Below, piece by piece: positions 36,954 to 46,316 of a stretch of DNA of 64,000 nucleotides. Below the pieces are notes generated by a model, which was not told the origin of the DNA, searched no databases, and saw only the letters and a program-made list of their open reading frames with translations. Each line of letters starts with the position of its first letter. Within the stretch, counting starts at the first letter, position 1. A program made the position numbers and the translations under genes. The stretch lies in the NCBI GenBank assembly GCA_012521815.1, contig JAAYLR010000019.1, positions 672-64,671 of the forward strand, read 5' to 3'. The DNA is from Acidobacteriota bacterium. Its GTDB lineage: Bacteria > Acidobacteriota > Thermoanaerobaculia > Multivoradales > JAGPDF01.

Positions 36954-38557
36954 CGCCGCACTCCCACGCGATGGATCGCGAGCGTGAGCTCGGGCGGCAG
37001 GTCGGGTTCGAGCTCGATCCGGACCGCCACCGGCGGCGCGCCGCCTTCACACGGTGGCGGTGACCAGAGGAGCCGGTACCGCTGCGCGAAGAAGGTCGGG
37101 TCGGGTCCCAGCCAGGAGATCCAGGCGGTGGCGGGTGGCGGCCCGAGGCGGGCGGCGAGGTCGGGGCGGCGCGCCGCCCAGTCGGCGACCTCGATCCCGG
37201 TCCGCAGCGCCCGCTCCACCGCCGCGCCGTCCTCGCAGTCGAGACGGATCCGGCCGATCGCCGTCCCCGAGGCGAGCTGCGCCGAGCCGGCGAGCGCCAG
37301 CTCGACGACGATCTCGCCGGGAGGCGCGGCGAGCGGCGCGCCCCAGAGCGGCCCGGTGGCGGTGAGCACCACCGGCGCGGTCCCGAGCAGCGGCGTCTCG
37401 GGGCGGAACAGACCGCAGCCGGCGAGCAGGAGCGCCGGGAGGAGCGCGAGGTGCCGGGGCGCCGCGGCCCGGGGCCAGCGGCGGGCGAGGAGCGGGAGGA
37501 GCGCGGCCGCCGCCAGCGCGAGGAGGACGGCGGCGACGAGCTGCCGGGACGGGCTCGTCGCGGTGCCGCCGAGCCAGGCGAGGAGCTGGCCGGCGGGCTG
37601 CGGCGCGAGCCATGGGAAGCCGGCGGCGAGGGCCGCGCCGGCGAGCAGCCAGCCGCTCCAGAGGGTGGCGAGCCGGTCGCGCTCGGGCGTGGGCGCGAGC
37701 GCGAGCGAGAGGAAGAGGAGCGCCGGCGCGAGCGCCGCAACCCCGTGTCCGGTGGTGGCGGCGGCGAGAGCGAGACCCCAGCCGCCGAGCCACCAGGCGC
37801 GGGCGCTCCGCCCGCCGGCCGGCCAGAGCGCGAACGGGGCGAGGAGGACGAGCGCCGCGAGCGCCGCGAAGACCGGCTGCTCGCCGCGAGGCAGCAGGAG
37901 GAGGCCGGCGCTGCCGGCGGCAGCGAAGCCGAGCACGAAACGCGGATCGGGCCGCTCGCCCCGCCAGCCGGCGACGCCGGCGGCGACGAGCAGCAACCCG
38001 GCCGCCACCGGCCCGAAACCGCCGAGCGCCACCGCGACGAGGGCGCCGCCGGCCAGCGCGCTCCGCCCCGCGACCCGGCCGAGCAGCGCGAGCGCGAAAC
38101 CCGCGGCGAGCGCCGGCAGCAGGTCGGTCCAGAGGAGCGCCGGTGCCGGGACGAGCAGTCGGGGTGCGGCGAAGAGGGCCTGGAACGCCACGGCGAGCGG
38201 CACGAGCGGCAGTCGGAGGCCGCCGGCGTCGCGGCGCGCGAGGAGCCGGACGGTACCAGTGACCACGGCGGCGACGAGCAGGGCGCCGAAGGCGGCGCCC
38301 CGCTGCGGACCCGCCGGCAGCACCCAGGCGGCGAGGTTGCTCGCGATCGCCGCGGCGCCGATCTCGTGCCCCGGCCGGGGCACGGCGAGGGCGAGCGGCA
38401 CGAGCACCGCGAGCGCCCAGCGGGCGAAGTAGGCGCTCTCCACCGCCGCGGCGCCCTGCTGGTGCGCGGCGAGCACGGCGAGCGCCGCGCCGGCGGCCAG
38501 CGCGCTGGCGAAGGGCGGGATGCGGCTGGCGAGGGCTCGGAACGATCGCGCGGACAC
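36950..38557 (-). CDS. Polytopic Ala/Leu-rich membrane protein with a C-terminal periplasmic domain (Wzy/O-antigen-ligase-like candidate)
   Basis: 535 aa with many TM segments. The gene is stop-start coupled to the GT-C gene. Confidence 0.45.
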   Translation of the reverse strand: MSARSFRALASRIPPFASALAAGAALAVLAAHQQGAAAVESAYFARWALAVLVPLALAVPRPGHEIGAAAIASNLAAWVLPAGPQRGAAFGALLVAAVVTGTVRLLARRDAGGLRLPLVPLAVAFQALFAAPRLLVPAPALLWTDLLPALAAGFALALLGRVAGRSALAGGALVAVALGGFGPVAAGLLLVAAGVAGWRGERPDPRFVLGFAAAGSAGLLLLPRGEQPVFAALAALVLLAPFALWPAGGRSARAWWLGGWGLALAAATTGHGVAALAPALLFLSLALAPTPERDRLATLWSGWLLAGAALAAGFPWLAPQPAGQLLAWLGGTATSPSRQLVAAVLLALAAAALLPLLARRWPRAAAPRHLALLPALLLAGCGLFRPETPLLGTAPVVLTATGPLWGAPLAAPPGEIVVELALAGSAQLASGTAIGRIRLDCEDGAAVERALRTGIEVADWAARRPDLAARLGPPPATAWISWLGPDPTFFAQRYRLLWSPPPCEGGAPPVAVRIELEPDLPPELTLAIHRVGVRR

Positions 38558-38684
38558 GGGGCGGAGCAGACGCAGGAATCGGATCGTATCGCCCGGCGCC
38601 CGCTGTGGAGAGTCTACGGTTTCTCGCCGCTCGCCGTTGTGACGTTTGACGCTCTCTCCGCGCGGGGGCTAGAGTGCCCGCGTC

Positions 38685-39968
38685 ATGCTCTCCCGCGACC
38701 TGCTCCGCAACGAACCCGACCGGGTGCGCACCGCGCTCGCCAACCGCGGCCAGGACGGCGCGCTCGTGGACCGCTTCCTCGCCCTCGACGGCGAGCGGCG
38801 AGCGCTCCTGGTGGTCCAGGAGGACCGGAAGCGGCAGCGCAACGAGGCGAGCCGCGAGATCGGCCGCCTGAAGGCGAGCGGCGGGGACGCGGCCGCGGCG
38901 ATCGGCGCGGTCGCCTGGCTCAAGGGGGAGATCGAAGCCGCCGAAGCGCGGCTCGCGGCGCTCGACGAAGAGCTCGCCGCGGTCGAGCTCTCGCTGCCGA
39001 ACCTCCCGCACGAGAGCCTGCCGGTGGGGCCGGATGCGAGCGCGAACCGGGTCGAGGCGGTGGTGGGCGAACCGCCCCGCTTCGCCTTCCCGCCGCAGGC
39101 GCACTGGGATCTCGGCCCCGCGCTCGGGATCCTCGACTTCGAGCGCGGCGCGAAGGTCGCGGGCGCGCGCTTCACCACCTACTTCGGCCCGGGCGCGCAG
39201 CTCGAGCGGGCGCTCGTCAACTTCATGCTCGACCTCCACACCCGCGAGCACGGCTACACCGAGGTGCTGCCGCCGTTCGTGGTGAACCGCGACAGCCTCG
39301 TCGGCACCGGCCAGCTGCCGAAGTTCGAGCAGGACCTCTTCCACCTCGACGGCTTCCCGTACTACCTGGTGCCGACCGCGGAGGTGCCGGTCACGAACCT
39401 CCACCGCGACGAGGTGCTCGAAGCCGGGGCGCTGCCGGTGCGCTACTGCGCCTACACCCCCTGCTTCCGCAGCGAGGCCGGCTCGCACGGCCGCGACGTC
39501 CGGGGGCTCATCCGCCAGCACCAGTTCAACAAGGTCGAGCTCGTGCAGCTCGCCACCCCCGAGACCGGCCTCGCGCAGCTCGAGGAGATGACCGGCCACG
39601 CCCGCCGGGTCCTCGACCTGCTCGGCCTGCCGTACCGCGTGGTGACGCTCGCGACCGGCGATCTCGGCTTCGCCGCCACCAAGACCTACGACCTCGAGGT
39701 CTGGCTCCCGGGACAGGAGGCGTACCGGGAGATCTCCTCCTGCTCGCTCTGCAGCGACTTCCAGGCGCGCCGGGCGAACCTCCGCTACCGTCCCGCCGAC
39801 GGCGGCAAGCCGCGGCTGCTCCACAGCCTCAACGGCTCCGGCCTCGCGGTCGGCCGCACGCTGATCGCGATCCTCGAGAACTGCCAGCAGGCGGACGGCT
39901 CGATCGTCATCCCGGAACCGCTGCGCCCCTACCTCGGCGGCCGCGACCGGATCGCCCCGAACGCCTGA
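38685..39968 (+). CDS. serS: Seryl-tRNA synthetase
   Basis: N-terminal coiled coil plus class II motifs ([40 protein letters not shown]). Confidence 0.9.
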   Translation: MLSRDLLRNEPDRVRTALANRGQDGALVDRFLALDGERRALLVVQEDRKRQRNEASREIGRLKASGGDAAAAIGAVAWLKGEIEAAEARLAALDEELAAVELSLPNLPHESLPVGPDASANRVEAVVGEPPRFAFPPQAHWDLGPALGILDFERGAKVAGARFTTYFGPGAQLERALVNFMLDLHTREHGYTEVLPPFVVNRDSLVGTGQLPKFEQDLFHLDGFPYYLVPTAEVPVTNLHRDEVLEAGALPVRYCAYTPCFRSEAGSHGRDVRGLIRQHQFNKVELVQLATPETGLAQLEEMTGHARRVLDLLGLPYRVVTLATGDLGFAATKTYDLEVWLPGQEAYREISSCSLCSDFQARRANLRYRPADGGKPRLLHSLNGSGLAVGRTLIAILENCQQADGSIVIPEPLRPYLGGRDRIAPNA

Positions 39969-40013
39969 TCCCGGGCCGGGGCTTCCCGGCGTGGAGCTAG
40001 ACTCTCTCCCGCC

Positions 40014-40101
40014 GGAGGGGTGGCAGAGTGGTCGATTGCGGCGGTCTTGAAAACCGTTGGCCCGCAAGGGCCCAGGGGTTCGAATCCCCTCCCCTCCGCC
40101 A
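40014..40101 (+). tRNA. tRNA-Ser (anticodon UGA), class II with a long variable arm
   Basis: The GGAGGGG/CCCCTCC acceptor stem, the GGTTCGAATCC T-loop, anticodon loop CTTGAAA and a 16-nt variable arm, ending GCCA. Confidence 0.85.
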
Positions 40102-40137
40102 GCGGCCAGTGGCCAGCAGACGAGTCGTCACGGCGCC

Positions 40138-41694
40138 ATGAAGACGCGGGATTTCGGCAGACTCCTTCGTGCTCCCGGGTCCCGGGTGGCGCTGGTGGCG
40201 CTCCTGGTCGCCTTCGGCTTCCTCGGCAGCCGGGCGATCTGGGATCCGGACGAGGGGCGGTACACGAACGTCGCGCTCCAGATGCTGGCGAGCGGCAACT
40301 ACCTGGACCTCGCGCGTCATCACGAGACCGGACACTGGACCAAACCGCCCGCGACCTACTGGGCGATCGCCGCCGGCGTGAGCGCCTTCGGCCCCACCCC
40401 GGCCGCCGCGCGCCTGCCCGCGGCCCTCTCCTTCCTCGCCTGTACCGGCCTGGCGGGGTGGGTGGCGCGCCGCCTGCAACCGGGGACCGGCGCGCTCTCG
40501 GCGCTGGTCTTCGCGACGATGCTCCTGCCGTTCGTCGCCGCGAACGTCATCACCACCGATTTCCCGCTCGCCGCCTGCCAGGGGCTGGCGATGGCGGCCT
40601 GGCTCGAGACGCGTTTCGGGACCGGCCGGGAGCGCGGGCGCTGGCTGCTCCTCATGTGGGCCGGGTTCGCGCTCGCCTTTCTCGTCAAGGGGCCGCCCGC
40701 GCTGCTGCCGCTCCTCGCGGTGCTGGCCGTCGAGTGGCTCGCACCGGCGCCGGGAGCGATCCGCCGCCGCTGCTGGCCGATCGGCCTGCTCCTCTTCGCC
40801 GCCCTCGCCCTGCCCTGGTTCGTGGTCGTGGTGCTGCGTCATCCGGGACTGCTCGCCTACTACCTCGGCACCGAGATCGCCGGGCGCATCGCCGGCGCCG
40901 ACCTCGACCGGCACCCCGAGTGGTACGGCTGGCTGTCCGTCTACGGACCGACGCTCGTGGTGGGCACGCTGCCGTGGACGGCGGATCTCTGGCGCGCGCT
41001 GCGAAGCCTCGCCGCGCACGCGCGCAGGTGGCGGGATCCGGCCGTCCGGCTCGCCGAGGCGCCACTGCTCGCCCTCGGGGCGTGGGTCGCGTTGCCGCTG
41101 TTCGTCTTCTGCGTGGCGCGTTCCCGCCTGCCGTTCTACCTGCTGCCGCTCTTCGTGCCGCTCGCGCTGCTCGTGGCCCGTGAGCGGCAGGCCCGGGACC
41201 GGAGCTTCCCGGGGTGGCGCCTGGTGGGGCTCTGGGTCGCCCTCCTCCTCGCGCTGCGGCTCGCAGCCGCCTACTGGCCGACCCACAAGGATGCGCGCCG
41301 CTGGGCCGAGGAGATCCGCGCGCGCACGCCGGGGATGGCGATCGAGGAGGTCGTCTTCGTCGAGGACATGGCCCGGTACGGGCTGCACCTCCATCTCGGC
41401 GCCACGGTGGAGAAGGTCTCCCTCGATCCGCAGCCGAAGCCGATGTTCGGAGCCGCCTACGACGACGACCTCCTCGGCGAGCTCGGCGAGCCGGAGCGGC
41501 GGGTCTGGATCGCGAAAGCGGCCCGGTGGCCCGAGATCGCGGCGCGGATGACCGCGGCGGGCTACCACCTCGAACGGCTCGGTGAGCCCTACGCGGGCCG
41601 CCTGTTCTTCCTCGTCGAGCCGGCGGACGGCGCGTCGGGCGCGACCGGCCAGCCAGACCCGCCGGAACCCGGACCGGAGTCCGGCGGGAGGTAG
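40138..41694 (+). CDS. ArnT/PMT-type glycosyltransferase (GT39/GT83-like, PMT_2) with a C-terminal soluble domain
   Basis: AIWDPDEGRYTNVALQMLASGNYL is the signature DE-RY motif of ArnT/PMT GT-C enzymes. About 11 TM helices. Confidence 0.75.
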   Translation: MKTRDFGRLLRAPGSRVALVALLVAFGFLGSRAIWDPDEGRYTNVALQMLASGNYLDLARHHETGHWTKPPATYWAIAAGVSAFGPTPAAARLPAALSFLACTGLAGWVARRLQPGTGALSALVFATMLLPFVAANVITTDFPLAACQGLAMAAWLETRFGTGRERGRWLLLMWAGFALAFLVKGPPALLPLLAVLAVEWLAPAPGAIRRRCWPIGLLLFAALALPWFVVVVLRHPGLLAYYLGTEIAGRIAGADLDRHPEWYGWLSVYGPTLVVGTLPWTADLWRALRSLAAHARRWRDPAVRLAEAPLLALGAWVALPLFVFCVARSRLPFYLLPLFVPLALLVARERQARDRSFPGWRLVGLWVALLLALRLAAAYWPTHKDARRWAEEIRARTPGMAIEEVVFVEDMARYGLHLHLGATVEKVSLDPQPKPMFGAAYDDDLLGELGEPERRVWIAKAARWPEIAARMTAAGYHLERLGEPYAGRLFFLVEPADGASGATGQPDPPEPGPESGGR

Positions 41695-41717
41695 ACTCCT
41701 CTCGCCGGAAGGGACCG

Positions 41718-43082
41718 ATGGGAGAGAGGCTGACGAGAGGAATCCGGCTGCTCGCGGCGGGGCTGCTCGCCGGGGCGGTACCGCTCGGGGCGACGACCTA
41801 CTACGTCGCGCCGCCGCCGGCGGGCAGCGATGCGAACCCCGGGACGCTGGCGCTGCCCTGGGCGACGCTGCCGCACGCCGCGGCGGCTGTCGGCCCCGGC
41901 GACACGGTCCTCGTGCGGGCCGGCAGCTACACCGGTTTCCAGCTGACGACCTCCGGCGCGCCCGGGGCGCGGATCACCTTCCGGGCCTACCCCGGCGAGC
42001 AGCCGGCGATCGTCGCCGACAACCCGTCCACCCCCGACGGGATCAACCTCGAAGGGGCGAGCTACGTGACGATCGAGGGGTTCCGGGTCGACGGCCGCGG
42101 CCGCGCGGGGATCCGTGCGGTCCTCTGCCGGGAGGTCGAGATCCGGGGCAACAGCGCCGACGCCAACCAGCGGTGGGGGATCTTCACCGGCTGCTGCGAG
42201 GACCTCACGATCGCCTACAACGTGACCACCGGCTCGCTCCTCGAGCACGGCATTTACGTCTCGAACAGCGGCGACCGCCCGGTGATCCGCGGCAACCTCT
42301 CGGCGGGAAACCGGGCGAGCGGCATCCACATGAACGGCGATCTCTCGGTCTCGTGCGGCGGCTTCGTGCCGACCGACGGGATCATCTCCGACGCCCTCGT
42401 GGAGGGGAACGTCCTGCTCGACAACGGCGCGGGCGGTGGTTCCGGGATCAACTGCGACGGGGTCCAGGGGGCGACGATCCGGAACAACCTGGTCGCCGAC
42501 AGCCGGGCTTCCGGGATCTCCCTCTTCCAGTGGGATGGCGGCGCCCCGTCGCATGGCAACACGGTGGTGGGGAACACGGTGCACGTGGCTGCCGGGGGGC
42601 GGTGGGCGCTCAACGTCCAGGACGGCTCGACGGGCACCGTGGTGCGCAACAACTTCTTCTGGAGCGATCACTCCTACCGCGGTGCGATGAACGTCTGCGC
42701 TGCCTGTCTGGCCGGCTTCTCCTCGGATCGGAACGCGCTCGAGGACCGCTTCACCCTCGATGACGGCGCCACCGTGCTGACCCTCGCCGCCTGGCGCAGT
42801 GCGACGGGGCAGGACCTGACCTCGTTCGTGGCCACGCCCGCCGCGCTCTTCGTCGACGCCGCGAACCTCGACTACCATCTGCGCCCCGGCAGCCCGGCCG
42901 AAGACGCCGGGGTGCCCTTCCCCGGCCTCGTCGAGGATCTCGCCGGCACCCCCCGGCCGCTCGGCGGCGGGGTGGACATCGGGGCGTTCGAAGCGATCTT
43001 CGGCTGCGGTTTCGAGTCCGGCTCGCGGTTCGGCTTCAGCGCCGCCACCCCGCCATCGCGGCCGGCGCCGGCCGGCGACTGA
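41718..43082 (+). CDS. Secreted right-handed parallel beta-helix repeat protein (pectate-lyase/NosD-like fold)
   Basis: Signal peptide MGERLTRGIRLLAAGLLAGAVPLGA. Repeated I/V-G-N coils (IRGNSAD, IRGNLSAGN, VEGNVLLDN, IRNNLVAD, VVGNTVHV). C-terminal tail GCGFESGSRFGFS. Confidence 0.7.
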   Translation: MGERLTRGIRLLAAGLLAGAVPLGATTYYVAPPPAGSDANPGTLALPWATLPHAAAAVGPGDTVLVRAGSYTGFQLTTSGAPGARITFRAYPGEQPAIVADNPSTPDGINLEGASYVTIEGFRVDGRGRAGIRAVLCREVEIRGNSADANQRWGIFTGCCEDLTIAYNVTTGSLLEHGIYVSNSGDRPVIRGNLSAGNRASGIHMNGDLSVSCGGFVPTDGIISDALVEGNVLLDNGAGGGSGINCDGVQGATIRNNLVADSRASGISLFQWDGGAPSHGNTVVGNTVHVAAGGRWALNVQDGSTGTVVRNNFFWSDHSYRGAMNVCAACLAGFSSDRNALEDRFTLDDGATVLTLAAWRSATGQDLTSFVATPAALFVDAANLDYHLRPGSPAEDAGVPFPGLVEDLAGTPRPLGGGVDIGAFEAIFGCGFESGSRFGFSAATPPSRPAPAGD

Positions 43083-43778
43083 TCAGCGGACGGTGGCCGC
43101 GCCGTTGCCGACGAGGATCGGCATCTTGGCGCGGAAGAGGTGGTGGAGCCGCAGCCCGCTCTCCTCGGGGACCACGAGGGCGATCAGCGGCGGGTGGACG
43201 GCCTGCTCGCCGCGCAGCCGCAGCCAGCCGTCGCGGATCGCCTCGAGGAAGCCGTGCCAGAAGCCGGTCTTCGGCGGGGCGTTGACGACGTAGAGCTGCC
43301 ACTCGTTGTCGAGCAGCACCCGGTAGGTCGCGCGGGGCTCGTCGTCCCCGTCCGTGCCCGAGGCCGGGACCGGCGCCGGCGGGGGTTCGTCCTCCTCTTC
43401 GCCGTTCTTCGGGTACGGCCGCAGGCGTACCGGCGCGATCACCTCGCGGTCGGTGTCGCCCGGTCCCTGGAGGATCGTCCAGACGGCCGGGATCGTGAGC
43501 GGCGGCGCCGCCGCTTCGCCGAACAGCGGCCGGTAGGTGAGCAGCGCGAGATCCTGGAGCTCGACCCGCTCGATGACGATCCCGCGCACCCGGATGTCGA
43601 GCGTCTTCGCCTCGGGGTCGAGGACGAGGTAGACGCTCGGCGTGCGCGCGAGGCGGCCCTCGAGGTCGACCAGATGCAGCTCCTCGGGGGTGCGCGCCGG
43701 GCGCCCGTCCGCGGCCCCGGCGGCGCTAGTACAGAAAAACGCGAGCGCCCAGAGGAACCGTCTTGTAGACGAACTCAA
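43083..43778 (-). CDS. Secreted hypothetical protein
   Basis: Signal peptide MSSSTRRFLWALAFFCTSAAGAADG. No recognisable domain. Confidence 0.4.
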   Translation of the reverse strand: MSSSTRRFLWALAFFCTSAAGAADGRPARTPEELHLVDLEGRLARTPSVYLVLDPEAKTLDIRVRGIVIERVELQDLALLTYRPLFGEAAAPPLTIPAVWTILQGPGDTDREVIAPVRLRPYPKNGEEEDEPPPAPVPASGTDGDDEPRATYRVLLDNEWQLYVVNAPPKTGFWHGFLEAIRDGWLRLRGEQAVHPPLIALVVPEESGLRLHHLFRAKMPILVGNGAATVR

Positions 43779-44436
43779 GGTCGTCGTCTCCCAGTCGCAC
43801 GCAGCCGTGCGTCACCCGCTTGCCGAGCAGGGTCTTGAAGAGCGTGCCGTGGATGATGTACCCGTCGGGCATGTAGAGGCCGTAGCCGCCGAGCGAGATG
43901 TCGTCGAAACGGTCCGGCGAGCCGCGCGGCGGCGGCTCGTAGCCGTCCTCGATGAACGCCCAGTCGGGCTTCGCCCAGACCGGGTTGCGCCGCTTGTCGA
44001 TGATCGGGTGCTCGCCGAGCGGGGTGTCGAAGACCCAGGTGCGGCCGGTGCGCGGATCGTGGAGGACGCGGCCGGTGCCGGTCGAGCAGATCGCCTCGCG
44101 CAGCAGCTCCTCGCCGCGGAAGACCCGCAGCTGGTTGCGGTAGGTGTCGACGGTCACGTAGACGCCGCGCGGCCGCTGCGCCGCGAGCCGGGCTTCGATC
44201 CGTTCGGCGGCGGCCGGGCTGATGACCTTCGCCTCCGGGTCGGCGGCGAGGCTGCTCGTCGCCGCGAACGGCCGGGCCGCGTAGCTGCCGCCGTAGCGCG
44301 CGAGCCCCGCGGTGGCCGCGGCGCCGACCAGCACCGCGGCGGCGAGGGCGAGGAGCAGGAGGCGCAGCCAGAGCCGGCGCCGCGGGACGATGACGACCAG
44401 CGGCCGTTCCGGCTGCGGCAACGAGGGGAAGGTCAT
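43726..44436 (-). CDS. L,D-transpeptidase (YkuD domain) with an N-terminal membrane anchor
   Basis: HGTLFKTLLGKRVTHGCVRL is the YkuD catalytic His/Cys motif. Confidence 0.75.
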   Translation of the reverse strand: MTFPSLPQPERPLVVIVPRRRLWLRLLLLALAAAVLVGAAATAGLARYGGSYAARPFAATSSLAADPEAKVISPAAAERIEARLAAQRPRGVYVTVDTYRNQLRVFRGEELLREAICSTGTGRVLHDPRTGRTWVFDTPLGEHPIIDKRRNPVWAKPDWAFIEDGYEPPPRGSPDRFDDISLGGYGLYMPDGYIIHGTLFKTLLGKRVTHGCVRLGDDDLEFVYKTVPLGARVFLY

Positions 44437-44446
44437 GGCGGCGATT

Positions 44447-45571
44447 CTAGAACGTGCCCACGATCGTCACCGGCGTTCCCACCCGGGAACGGGCGAAGAC
44501 GTAGTCCATGTCCTGGTTGGCGAGCGCCACGCAGCCGTCGGTCCAGTCGCGCCCCTGGCCGCCGTCGCCGTGGATCTCGATCAGGTTACCGGGGTGGGAG
44601 CGCGGCGGCGCCTGACCGGTCTTCTTGGCGAAGGCGTGGCGGGCGCGGTCGGCGTCGTTCGGGTAGTTGATGAGCAGCGCCTTGTAGTAGATCGTGCGGC
44701 GCCCCGACTTCAGCTGCACCACCCGGTACCGCCCCTCGGGCGTCGCCTGGTCGCCGGAGTGCATCTTCTGACGCAGCCCCTTGGCGCCGAGCTCGGCGTC
44801 GAGGGTGGCGATCCGGGAGCCCGCGTAGTAGACGTAGAGCTTGCGCTTCAGCTTGTCGACGATGATGGCGTGCTCCTGATCCCGGCGCGACTGCGCCACC
44901 GTCTCCTCCACCCAGGAGCGCCAGAGCGCGAGGTTCCGCGCCTCGCCGAACCGGGCGTGGAGCTCCCGCCACGCCTTGTGGACGATCTCCGAGAAATCCA
45001 TCGCCGTCATCGCGGCGGTGTTGGCGCGGTCGAGCTCGCCGGCGGCCGCGTACCGGCCCGCGAGGAGGGCGTGATAGGTGGCCTTGCGCGCCGCCGCGAT
45101 CTCCCGTGCGCTCACGCCCGACTCGCCGGCCTCGAGCTCGGCCTGCCGCACCTGTCGCAGCATCGCCGGCTCGAGCTCGGCCCAGCGCGCCGCCGCGTTC
45201 TGCCGGCGGCCGCGGACGACGGCGAGGCCGCTGCGCGCCTCGGCGTGCACCCGCTGCCAGGCGGTCGCGGCGCGCCCGGCCGAGCGGCGCCAGGGGGGCG
45301 CGGCGATCTCCTGCGCCGTCGCCACCTCGGCCTGCGCGACGAGCTGTTCGATCAGGCGCGCGCCGGCGGGCAGATCGGGACGCAGCGTGCGCACCGCGTG
45401 CTGTGCCGCGGCGCGGGTGGCCGGCACCGAGAAGCTGGGCGGGGGGGGCAGATCGAGCCGCAGGAGCCCGAGGAGGCCGAAGCCCGCCAGCAGGAGCAGG
45501 AGGAGAAAAGAAAACGGCCGGCGGCGAGGCGTCGCCACCGGCCGGTTCCAGCGCAGCAAGACAGCTAGCAC
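44447..45571 (-). CDS. L,D-transpeptidase family protein with a long N-terminal region
   Basis: IEIHGDGGQGRDWTDGCVAL is the YkuD catalytic motif. Confidence 0.7.
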   Translation of the reverse strand: MLAVLLRWNRPVATPRRRPFSFLLLLLLAGFGLLGLLRLDLPPPPSFSVPATRAAAQHAVRTLRPDLPAGARLIEQLVAQAEVATAQEIAAPPWRRSAGRAATAWQRVHAEARSGLAVVRGRRQNAAARWAELEPAMLRQVRQAELEAGESGVSAREIAAARKATYHALLAGRYAAAGELDRANTAAMTAMDFSEIVHKAWRELHARFGEARNLALWRSWVEETVAQSRRDQEHAIIVDKLKRKLYVYYAGSRIATLDAELGAKGLRQKMHSGDQATPEGRYRVVQLKSGRRTIYYKALLINYPNDADRARHAFAKKTGQAPPRSHPGNLIEIHGDGGQGRDWTDGCVALANQDMDYVFARSRVGTPVTIVGTF

Positions 45572-46173
45572 TTGATCTTTTCTTTGGCGCCCTGCATGTC
45601 GGTGACGAGCATGTCGAGCTGGCCCTTCAGCGACTCGGCCTGAGCCTTGGCGCCGAAGTAATCCTCACCGGCGAACGCGCTGTCGAGCGCGGCGCCCTGG
45701 GCGACGAGACCGTCGAGGTTCCCGCGCATCCCTTCCATGTCCTTTTTGAAGTCCTTCGGCTGGCGGCGGCACTTGCCGAGCTCGGCGAAGAGCTCCTCGG
45801 CGCTGGCGATGGCGGCCTTGGCGTCCTCGATGGCGGCCCCGGCCTCGTTCTTCGCCCGCTCCTTGCCGGCGATGGCGGCTTCGTTCGCGGCGGTAGCGGC
45901 CTGGGCGGCGGCGGCGGCGAGCTCCTGCGCCTTCTTGTACGAGCGGAAGAGCGCGAACTTCTGCGCCTGCGCCTCGACCTCGGCGTTCACCTGGTTGATG
46001 GCCTGGGTGGCGGCTTCCCACTCACCGGGCGCATACCGGGCGGCCTGGGCGCCTTCGGCGACCGAAAGGGCGGCCTTGGCGGCGTCGATCTCGTTCTGGG
46101 GCGGTTTGGCGCAGCCCGTGGTCAGGGCGACCACGGCCAGCACTGCGGCAAAGGCGATCAGCTTCTTGTACAT
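45565..46173 (-). CDS. Ala/Lys-rich coiled-coil lipoprotein
   Basis: Lipobox LTTGC after the signal peptide. A strong RBS AGGAGGGAGAGGAG lies upstream. GC content is lower than neighbouring genes. Confidence 0.55.
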   Translation of the reverse strand: MYKKLIAFAAVLAVVALTTGCAKPPQNEIDAAKAALSVAEGAQAARYAPGEWEAATQAINQVNAEVEAQAQKFALFRSYKKAQELAAAAAQAATAANEAAIAGKERAKNEAGAAIEDAKAAIASAEELFAELGKCRRQPKDFKKDMEGMRGNLDGLVAQGAALDSAFAGEDYFGAKAQAESLKGQLDMLVTDMQGAKEKIKC

Positions 46174-46316
46174 AACTCTCCTCTCCCTCCTTGGGGACTT
46201 GGTACTGCTACTGCTAACCGGTGTGACTTGGGTTGGTTCTGGTCGTCGTCGTCTCGTCTACGGATCCCCTCCTGAGATCGGATACAAGGATCCTGACCGA
46301 TACACGGTGCAGTATA

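Noticed and set aside
33844-37740. 1298-aa minus-strand ORF
   Set aside because: It is the GT2 gene (33844-34794) extended upstream through an alternate frame of the GT-C gene. The upstream translation is Arg/Pro/Ala low complexity.
37047-40067. 1006-aa minus-strand ORF antisense to serS and the Wzy-like gene
   Set aside because: Low-complexity Arg/Ala/Pro translation, antisense to genes with clear homology and GC3 bias. Typical GC-rich artefact.
46174-46316. Lower-GC intergenic stretch with two BamHI-type GGATCC sites between the lipoprotein and tkt genes as a possible small RNA
   Set aside because: It contains the lipoprotein RBS and probable promoter. There is no convincing stem-loop or terminator defining a separate transcript.
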